The notes beneath the pieces are model-generated. The model saw only the letters and a list, made by a program, of their open reading frames with translations. It did not search any database and was not told where the DNA came from. The position numbers and the translations under genes were made by a program. A DNA stretch of 64,000 bases from Escherichia coli (GTDB lineage: Bacteria; Pseudomonadota; Gammaproteobacteria; Enterobacterales; Enterobacteriaceae): NCBI RefSeq assembly GCF_003019035.1, contig NZ_CP027447.1. One strand, given 5' to 3'. Shown here in pieces: positions 1 to 6,605 of this stretch. Every line of letters begins with the position of its first letter. The stretch's first letter is position 1.

Positions 1-1
1 A

Positions 2-250
2 CTGTACTTTTACCCCGGCCCGGAATCCGAACCTATTCTGGCCGCGGCTGAATCGTCGTTCAGGAAGTGGCTGGCTGAGCAGGGGCTTATCGGTCAGGAC
101 GTGGCGTTGTCCGCCATTGCTGCCGCACTGCATGTGCACGGTGTGCAACGCGTGGAGATAATCGAACCCACACAGAATATGGCCATCAGCGACATACAGG
201 CGGCGCGCTGTGAGTCATTCACCATCAGCGAAGGTGGGCGCAATGAGTAA
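2..250 (+). CDS. P2-like baseplate assembly protein J, C-terminal fragment (truncated by window start)
   Basis: Open frame from window edge to TAA at 248-250, overlapping the start of the downstream gpI-like gene; position immediately upstream of I-H as in P2 V-W-J-I-H order. Confidence 0.5.
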   Translation: MYFYPGPESEPILAAAESSFRKWLAEQGLIGQDVALSAIAAALHVHGVQRVEIIEPTQNMAISDIQAARCESFTISEGGRNE

Positions 251-851
251 TTCGTTGTTACCACCATCAGCCAGCAATTTCATGCGTTGTGCCGAAGCCG
301 TCGGAACACGCATTACAGACATTCCGGTAGACCTCAACACGCTGTGGTCGCCGGACACCTGCCCGGTGCATCTGCTGCCTTATCTCGCCTGGGCGTTTTC
401 CGTTGACCGCTGGGATCGCAACTGGCCGGAAGAGACAAAGCGACAGGTGATTCGTGATGCATGGCTGATACACCGACACAAAGGGACCATCAGCGCACTG
501 CGAAGAGCCGTGGAGCCTCTCGGCTACCTGATTGAAGTAAAGGAGTGGTGGCAACTCAACGAGGAGCCGGGAACATTTCGCATTGTTGTCGGAGTACTTG
601 ATCAGGGCATCACCGATGAAATGTATCAGGAACTTGAGCGCCTTATTGCGGATGCAAAACCAGTAAGTCGCCATCTGACAGGGCTGGCGATCAGCCTGAG
701 TGTGAACGGAAAGATTTTCGTTGGTACGGGATGCTATCACGGCGATGCCCTGACGGTTTATCCCTACACCCCGGAGTCCATTATTGTCGAAGGGGATTAT
801 TTCCCTGCCCCGGCCATTCATTTAATTGATAATCTGAGAGTAAACGCATGA
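243..851 (+). CDS. P2-like baseplate/tail protein I
   Basis: ORF track 210..851 (GTG); more likely ATG at 243 (MSNSLLPP...). Lies between J and tail fibre H; stop overlaps H start (ATGA). Confidence 0.6.
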   Translation: MSNSLLPPSASNFMRCAEAVGTRITDIPVDLNTLWSPDTCPVHLLPYLAWAFSVDRWDRNWPEETKRQVIRDAWLIHRHKGTISALRRAVEPLGYLIEVKEWWQLNEEPGTFRIVVGVLDQGITDEMYQELERLIADAKPVSRHLTGLAISLSVNGKIFVGTGCYHGDALTVYPYTPESIIVEGDYFPAPAIHLIDNLRVNA

Positions 852-2353
852 CAGTGAAATACTACGCCATTCTGACTAATCAGGGCGCGGCACGACTGGC
901 TAACGCGACGATGCTCGGCAGTAAGCTGAATCTGACGCAAATGGCCGTTGGTGATGCAAATGGTGTGTTACCAACACCAGACCCTGCACAAACAAAACTG
1001 ATTAACCAGAAACGCATTGCACCGCTGAATCTTCTGAGTGTTGACCCTAACAATCAGAGCCAGATTATTGCGGAACAAATCATCCCTGAAAACGAGGGAG
1101 GATTCTGGATCCGTGAGATTGGTCTTTATGATGATGAAGGCGTACTTATTGCGGTGGCAAACTGCCCGGAAACGTACAAACCGCAGTTGCAGGAAGGCAG
1201 TGGACGCACCCAGACTATCCGCATGATTCTGGTTGTCACGAACACCGAAGCCATCACGCTGAAAATCGACCCGTCAGTGGTTCTGGCAACCCGCAAATAT
1301 GTGGATGATAAAATCTCAGAGCACGAACAGTCACGACGTCACCCGGACGCCTCGCTGACCGTAAAAGGTTTTACTCAGTTAAGCAGTGCAATTAACAGTG
1401 AATCAGAAACACTGGCCGCAACACCGAAAGCGGTTAAGGCTGCATATGACCTGGCTAACAGGAAATATACCGCCCAGAACGCCACCACTACACAAAAAGG
1501 GATTGTTCAGCTCAGTAGCGCCACGAACAGCACGTCTGAAACGCTGGCAGCGACACCAAAAGCTGTTAAGGCGGTAATGGATGAAACGAACAAGAAAGCA
1601 CCATTAAACAGCCCGGCACTGACCGGAACGCCAACAACACCAACAGCGCCACAGGGGACTAATAATACCCAGATCGCAAGCACGGCTTTCGTTATGGCTG
1701 CGATTGCCGCACTTGTAGATTCGTCCCCTGATGCACTGAACACGCTGAACGAACTGGCTGCGGCGCTGGGCAATGACCCGAACTTTGCGACTACCATGAC
1801 TAACGCGCTTGCGGGTAAGCAATCGAAGGATGCCACCCTGACGGCGCTGGCGGAGCTTGCTACATCAGCAGATAAACTCCCATATTTTACAGGGGCAGAT
1901 CGTGCCGCGTTAACCGCGTTGACAAGTGTTGGACGTGCCATTCTTGGTAAAACCAGCACTCAGGGAGTTCTTGATTACCTTGGTTTGGGGGAAGGCTCTG
2001 CGCTGCCCGTTGGTGTACCTGTTCCATGGCCCTCAGCCACACCGCCAACGGGGTGGCTAAAATGTAACGGAGCAGCATTTTCTTCTGAAAAATACCCCAA
2101 ACTGGCAAAGGCTTACCCAACGTTAAAATTACCGGATTTACGGGGTGAGTTTATCCGTGGCTGGGATGATGGGCGCGGGATTGATGCGGGACGTACCCTG
2201 CTTTCTGGGCAGGATGGTACAAGTTTTTCTCATTACGGAGGTAATTTCGACATTGGGTCTGGTCATTCAATCAATAACTATGACCAAATTGTTTCTAACC
2301 AACCAGGCTTTTCCCGTTTTTCATTTGCGGGCCTTCACGAGGTGATGGGTTAA
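848..2353 (+). CDS. Phage tail fibre protein (P2 gpH-like), constant N-terminal part fused to currently attached variable C-terminal cassette A
   Basis: 501-aa ORF with Ala/Thr-rich repeats typical of tail fibres; C-terminal region begins with the block LGLGEGSALPVGVPVPWPSATPPTGWLKCNGAAFSSEKYPKLAKAYPTLKLPDLRGEFIRGWDDGRG that recurs in five other cassettes. Confidence 0.8.
   Translation: MTVKYYAILTNQGAARLANATMLGSKLNLTQMAVGDANGVLPTPDPAQTKLINQKRIAPLNLLSVDPNNQSQIIAEQIIPENEGGFWIREIGLYDDEGVLIAVANCPETYKPQLQEGSGRTQTIRMILVVTNTEAITLKIDPSVVLATRKYVDDKISEHEQSRRHPDASLTVKGFTQLSSAINSESETLAATPKAVKAAYDLANRKYTAQNATTTQKGIVQLSSATNSTSETLAATPKAVKAVMDETNKKAPLNSPALTGTPTTPTAPQGTNNTQIASTAFVMAAIAALVDSSPDALNTLNELAAALGNDPNFATTMTNALAGKQSKDATLTALAELATSADKLPYFTGADRAALTALTSVGRAILGKTSTQGVLDYLGLGEGSALPVGVPVPWPSATPPTGWLKCNGAAFSSEKYPKLAKAYPTLKLPDLRGEFIRGWDDGRGIDAGRTLLSGQDGTSFSHYGGNFDIGSGHSINNYDQIVSNQPGFSRFSFAGLHEVMG
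1376..1573 (+). repeat. In-frame tandem 44-codon repeat inside the tail fibre gene (QLSSA-NS-SETLAATPKAVKA motif twice)
   Basis: Motif at 1376.. and again at 1508.. (132 nt apart) in the H reading frame. Confidence 0.6.
1968..1993. other. Invertase crossover site 1 (hix/gix/cix-like), + orientation, inside H at constant/variable junction
   Basis: Sequence ...ACC TT GGTTTGGGGGAAGG... (core TT ~1980-1981) repeated at five other places; resembles the AAACC-NN-GGTTT architecture of Hin/Gin/Cin/Pin sites. Confidence 0.6.
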
Positions 2354-2404
2354 TTATGTAACCATTCGTCCTCGTAATATTGCGTTTAATTACATCGTAA
2401 GGGC

Positions 2405-2430
2405 AGCATAAAAACGTTGGTTTGGGGAAG
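2405..2430. other. Invertase crossover site 2, + orientation (variant with GGGG instead of GGGGG)
   Basis: CATAAAAACG TT GGTTTGGGGAAGG at 2408-2430, immediately after the conserved cassette end RPRNIAFNYIVRAA-stop. Confidence 0.55.
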
Positions 2431-2897
2431 GCTCTGCGCTGCCCGTTGGTGTACCTGTTCCATGGCCCTTAGAAACACCGCCAACGGGGTGGCTAAAATG
2501 TAACGGAGCAGCATTTTCTTCTGAAAAGTACCCCAAGCTGGCAAAAGCCTACCCCACCAATAAATTACCGGATTTACGGGGTGAATTTATTCGTGGCTGG
2601 GATGATGGGCGAGGAATTGATGCAGCACGCGCTTTATTGAGCATTCAAACCGGGATGTTGGAAAAACACCGCCATATTGTTGTAGCTAACGATGGATATG
2701 ACACAAAGGATGAATGGGAGTTGGCCACGATTTTCAAAAAAACATATACACAAGGCAGGGGGCTTGATGCCACAAATACAGGAGGGAGTTTGATTCCATC
2801 ACCAACGCTTCATTCACGAGGAAGTATTGGTAACACAGGTGGTAGTGAAACCCGCCCCCGCAATATTGCATTTAACTATATCGTGAGGGCGGCTTAG
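2421..2897 (+). other. Promoterless tail-fibre C-terminal cassette B (silent, + orientation)
   Basis: Frame beginning FGEGSALPVGVPVPWPLETPPTGWLKCNGAAFSSEKYPKLAKAYPTNKLPDLRGEFIRGWDDGRG... ending ...ETRPRNIAFNYIVRAA-stop at 2897; no start codon at its 5' end (ORF track only picks internal Met at 2637). Confidence 0.6.
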
Positions 2898-2903
2898 TTA
2901 TAT

Positions 2904-3515
2904 TCAACTGGCTGCTGCCAGTGGTATTTCCGGCCAGTTGATATCTGATGCCATGTTTATATCCATTGCGTTCAGTGCGTCTATATAATCCAGCACGGCG
3001 TTAAGCCGGGTGGTTTCTGCCTGCGTCAACTTCCGCCCGGCCCGCAACTTCAACTGAATCAGACTAATGGAAGCCATTGCAGTATCAATCAGCGACTGGC
3101 GCTGTGTTTCTGCCGCTTCTACTGCGGCGCTATGCTGTGCCTCGGTATCCGTCACCCATTTTTCACCATCCCATTTATCGTATGGTGTTAACGGGGCGAT
3201 AGTGGTTGTATTTTTCGGGTAGTCACCCAGCGTCGTGATTTCTTCGGTGTTTCCCGTATCAGTGCTATAGACGGTTTCACCACGATGATCTGGCGTATAC
3301 TCCCATGAATTTAAATTCTCCGAACGGCGGATAGCATAGCCCGCTTTATGTGCGCCCGGGGCATCTAAACAGGAATTTGCCGGAATACCGACACCCGCAG
3401 CAAGATATTCAGTTGATTCGGAAATATATTCCCGTGTCTCACCATCATAGTTATAAACGACGATGTTTCCTGCCTGTACGGCAATAAGGTCATCATTTAA
3501 TATCGCGTTATTCAT
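2904..3515 (-). CDS. Tail fibre assembly protein (Tfa / P2 gpG-like chaperone)
   Basis: 203-aa ORF immediately downstream (minus strand) of cassette C with ATGA overlap; position and size as for tfa genes following tail fibre variable segments. Confidence 0.6.
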   Translation of the reverse strand: MNNAILNDDLIAVQAGNIVVYNYDGETREYISESTEYLAAGVGIPANSCLDAPGAHKAGYAIRRSENLNSWEYTPDHRGETVYSTDTGNTEEITTLGDYPKNTTTIAPLTPYDKWDGEKWVTDTEAQHSAAVEAAETQRQSLIDTAMASISLIQLKLRAGRKLTQAETTRLNAVLDYIDALNAMDINMASDINWPEIPLAAAS

Positions 3516-3973
3516 TATGCGGTTCTCACAATATAATTGAAGGCAATATTGCGTGGGCGGGTTTCATTCCCCTCTGAGGATTCCGTTCTGTATTGACTGG
3601 TAAATCTACCGTTAATTGCACCTTGCCGGACGGCGTTATCTGTCGACAACAGACTATCCCCTCCTTTGTCATTTGGCACCAGTACCGTGTTATCCCACGC
3701 ATCCCATGACCGAATATTATGATAATGACTTCCTGTTAACCACCCCTGCATGCTTAAGATGCCCCTTCCGGCATCCACCCCGCGCCCATCATCCCAGCCA
3801 CGAATAAATTCACCCCGTAAATCCGGTAATTTTAACGTTGGGTAAGCCTTTGCCAGTTTTGGATACTTTTCAGAAGAAAATGCTGCTCCGTTACATTTTA
3901 GCCACCCAGTTGGCGGCGTGGCTGAGGGCCATGGAACGGGCACACCAACGGGCAGCGCAGAGCCTTCCCCCAA
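3515..3973 (-). other. Tail-fibre C-terminal cassette C (silent, inverted), followed by tfa
   Basis: Begins with conserved GEGSALPVGVPVPWPSATPPTGWLKCNGAAF... block, ends ...ETRPRNIAFNYIVRTA; starts at crossover site, no ATG. Confidence 0.6.
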
Positions 3974-3990
3974 ACCAACGTTTTCATGCT
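3965..3990. other. Invertase crossover site 3, inverted orientation
   Basis: CCTTCCCCCAAACC AA CGTTTTCATG on + strand (reverse complement of site consensus). Confidence 0.55.
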
Positions 3991-4451
3991 GCCCTTACGA
4001 TGTAATTAAACGCAATGTTATGGGGGCGTGTTTCAGATGCTGTGCGAACTGAGCGAGAGGCGTCGAATGTCCATACAGAAGCACCATATCCTTCAATGAT
4101 CTCAGTTGGTTGTAAGCCTACTGATAATATAGAGTCAGTTTGACTAAATGGTCCTGAATTAAACGCATCTTTAAAAAGCTGAGTACGCCCAAAAGTGCCA
4201 ACTATATTCTGAATAGCGTCAGACTGTGCAGACAGTAGGTTGCGCCCATTATCAACGCCCCGTCCGTCATCCCAGCCGCGAATAAATTCGCCCCGTAAAT
4301 CCGGTAATTTATTGGTGGAGTAGGCCTTTGCCAGATTGGGGTACATTTCAGAAGAAAATGCTGCGCCGTTACATTTCAGCCACCCCGTTGGCGGCGTGGC
4401 TGAGGGCCATGGAACGGGCACACCAACGGGCAGCGCAGAGCCTTCCCCCAA
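3984..4451 (-). other. Tail-fibre C-terminal cassette D (silent, inverted)
   Basis: Same conserved N-terminal block and C-terminal ...ETRPHNIAFNYIVRAA; distinct variable middle. Confidence 0.6.
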
Positions 4452-4468
4452 ACCAACGTTTTTATGCC
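4443..4468. other. Invertase crossover site 4, inverted orientation
   Basis: CCTTCCCCCAAACC AA CGTTTTTATG on + strand. Confidence 0.55.
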
Positions 4469-4890
4469 GCCCTTACGATGTAATTAAATGCGATATTTCG
4501 CGGCCTGACAGCAACAAAATTTATACCATCACCTACAGAGTTACTGGTGAAATTAAATCGTGAAAATCCTGGCTGATTTCCGACGATGCCATCATGAAAA
4601 TTAATTGCGTGCCCCGCACCATCACCTATATTTCCGGCACGCTGAGAAAAATTTGTAGCCTCTTGGCTGCTTAATAATGCTCGCCCATTGTCCACACCTC
4701 GTCCATCATCCCAACCTCGAATAAATTCGCCCCGTAGATCCGGCAATTTATTGGTGGGGTAAACCTTTGCCAGATTTGGGTACTTTTCAGAAGAAAATGC
4801 TGCTCCGTTACATTTCAGCCACCCCGTTGGCGGTGTGGCTGAGGGCCATGGAACAGGTACACCAACGGGCAGCGCAGAGCCTTCCCCCAA
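4462..4890 (-). other. Tail-fibre C-terminal cassette E (silent, inverted)
   Basis: Conserved N block; variable part ...GHAINFHDGIVGNQPGFSRFNF... is paralogous to attached cassette A; ends ...RPRNIAFNYIVRAA. Confidence 0.6.
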
Positions 4891-4907
4891 ACCAACGTTT
4901 TCATGCG
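4882..4907. other. Invertase crossover site 5, inverted orientation
   Basis: CTTCCCCCAAACC AA CGTTTTCATG on + strand. Confidence 0.55.
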
Positions 4908-5410
4908 GCTCTTACGATGTAATTAAACGCAATGTTACGAGGACGGTTTTCGTTTGCAGTTGGAACAATTCTTGAAGCATCAAGGCCAATCACTTTTGGG
5001 TAAACAGCGCCATCTGTTCTTTCTGTCACCATACTTCTGACTAAGGAGAAATAACTATTGTTCGTTGAGGGGCTCAAAGGCACTACTGCCCCCTTAAACG
5101 AACCTACTGATTCCCATATTGAATAATTTTCGGTGTTTACAGTCTTGAACTCACCATAGATATTACGTATGGCATCGCCCTGAGCGGATAATATTGCCCT
5201 CCCCGTATCCATACCACGTCCGTCATCCCAGCCACGAATAAATTCACCCCGTAAATCCGGTAATTTTAACGTTGGGTAAGCCTTTGCCAGTTTTGGATAC
5301 TTTTCAGAAGAAAATGCTGCTCCGTTACATTTTAGCCACCCAGTTGGCGGCGTGGCTGAGGGCCACGGAACGGGCACACCAACGGGCAGTGCAGAGCCTT
5401 CCCCCAAACC
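4901..5410 (-). other. Tail-fibre C-terminal cassette F (silent, inverted)
   Basis: Conserved N block and ...NRPRNIAFNYIVRAA end; ORF track extends it to 5464 by 17 fortuitous codons outside the crossover site. Confidence 0.55.
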
Positions 5411-5424
5411 AACGTTTTCGTTTT
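5399..5424. other. Invertase crossover site 6, inverted orientation (right boundary of invertible region)
   Basis: CCTTCCCCCAAACC AA CGTTTTCG on + strand, ~55 bp upstream of the invertase start. Confidence 0.55.
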
Positions 5425-5478
5425 TATCCCTACCTATACCAACTATGTATTTTTCACGAAACAAAGAGGATGTTTTTT

Positions 5479-6078
5479 ATGCAAATTGGCTATATTCGTG
5501 TGTCAACAAATGACCAGAACACGGATTTACAACGCAATGCACTGAACTGCGCAGGATGTGAACTGATTTTTGAAGATAAAATCAGCGGAACGAAATCAGC
5601 CAGACCGGGATTGAAAAAACTGCTCAGAACGCTATCAGAAGGAGATACGCTGGTTGTCTGGAAGCTGGACAGACTGGGCAGAAGTATGAAACACCTGATT
5701 ACGCTTATTGAGGAATTGCGGGAAAAAGGTGTTAATTTCCGTAGTCTGACGGACAGCATTGACACATCAACACCCATGGGGCGTTTCTTTTTTCACGTCA
5801 TGGGGGCTTTAGCCGAAATGGAACGTGAATTAATTGTAGAGCGTACACTGGCCGGACTGGCAGCAGCACGCGCACAAGGACGCATTGGCGGACGTCGCCC
5901 GAAGTTGACAAAAGAACAACACGAGCAAATAGCGAGGCTGATTAAAAACGGTCATGACAGGAAACAACTGGCGATCATTTACGACATCGGCATATCGACG
6001 ATTTATCGTTATCACCCTGTAGGCGATATACAGGCTGAAGAAACAACCAGGCAGACTCAGGAAAATGAAAACCGCTAA
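5479..6078 (+). CDS. Serine DNA invertase (Hin/Gin/Cin/Pin family site-specific recombinase)
   Basis: MQIGYIRVSTNDQNTDLQRNAL... with catalytic-serine resolvase/invertase N-terminal domain and C-terminal HTH (GISTIYRY); SD AAGAGGA before ATG 5479. ORF-track N-terminal extension from 5272 is the reverse complement of cassette F. Confidence 0.9.
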   Translation: MQIGYIRVSTNDQNTDLQRNALNCAGCELIFEDKISGTKSARPGLKKLLRTLSEGDTLVVWKLDRLGRSMKHLITLIEELREKGVNFRSLTDSIDTSTPMGRFFFHVMGALAEMERELIVERTLAGLAAARAQGRIGGRRPKLTKEQHEQIARLIKNGHDRKQLAIIYDIGISTIYRYHPVGDIQAEETTRQTQENENR

Positions 6079-6104
6079 TCTGACCATTAGCGGTTTTGCG
6101 TTAA

Positions 6105-6599
6105 TCAAAACAGCCCTTTAACGGAGCTGGCCGCGCTGTTAAGGGATGATGTGACCTTATCTTTGAAGCCGGACAGCATATCACTGAACGATGAGGATTG
6201 CAGGCGCTCCCGCAAATCCTCATCACAGCGTTCAAGAGTCAGTGAAAATTCTATCTTTTTCGCCTTACCGTAGCGATCAAACTCGGAGCGGGTCGTATTC
6301 GTTTCAGTCAGTACATACATGCCGTAAATCTGCCCGACACCATCAATCAGAGGCCAGGGGCGTCCTGTATATGCCTGCGTGGTCAGCAGCGAAAGCGACA
6401 CTTCGCCACCTGTAATTTCAGGATAAAGCACGCCAGAAAGCACGATGCGATCATCACCTGCACCGATATACTGCCAGCTTGCTGAGCGGTTTACGCGCTC
6501 ATTTTTCACATGCCGCCAGCTTTTGTTTTGCTGTAACTGCTGATGCGGCAGTGTGCGCAGCTCAAAAACAAACATGCCGTAGATCATCATCATGACCAT
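6105..6599 (-). CDS. P2-like tail protein U
   Basis: ~160-aa ORF directly downstream of the tape-measure gene on the minus strand; N-terminal region resembles P2 gpU. Confidence 0.6.
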   Translation of the reverse strand: MVMMMIYGMFVFELRTLPHQQLQQNKSWRHVKNERVNRSASWQYIGAGDDRIVLSGVLYPEITGGEVSLSLLTTQAYTGRPWPLIDGVGQIYGMYVLTETNTTRSEFDRYGKAKKIEFSLTLERCDEDLRERLQSSSFSDMLSGFKDKVTSSLNSAASSVKGLF

Positions 6600-6605
6600 G
6601 ACTCC

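Noticed and set aside
267-821. 184-aa minus-strand ORF
   Set aside because: Antisense shadow of the gpI-like gene within a co-directional phage operon.
4901-5464. Stand-alone 187-aa ORF giving cassette F its own start codon
   Set aside because: The 17-codon leader (MFREKYIVGIGRDKNEN) lies outside the crossover site in the spacer before the invertase gene and is most likely fortuitous; cassette treated as silent.
3500-5470. Four tandem ~470-480-bp repeat units that could be mistaken for a VNTR or CRISPR-like array
   Set aside because: The units are protein-coding tail-fibre cassettes with conserved ends and crossover sites; far too long and too divergent internally for CRISPR repeats, and no short spacers.
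5272-6078. ORF-track 268-aa version of the invertase
   Set aside because: The first 69 codons are the reverse complement of cassette F and crossover site 6; the conserved recombinase N-terminus begins at MQIGYIRVS (ATG 5479) with a good SD.
6092-6111. GGTTTTG...CAAAAC inverted repeat between the invertase and gpU, considered as a seventh crossover site
   Set aside because: Half-site order is reversed relative to the six cassette sites (stem-loop geometry rather than AAACC-NN-GGTTT); more likely a shared convergent terminator hairpin.
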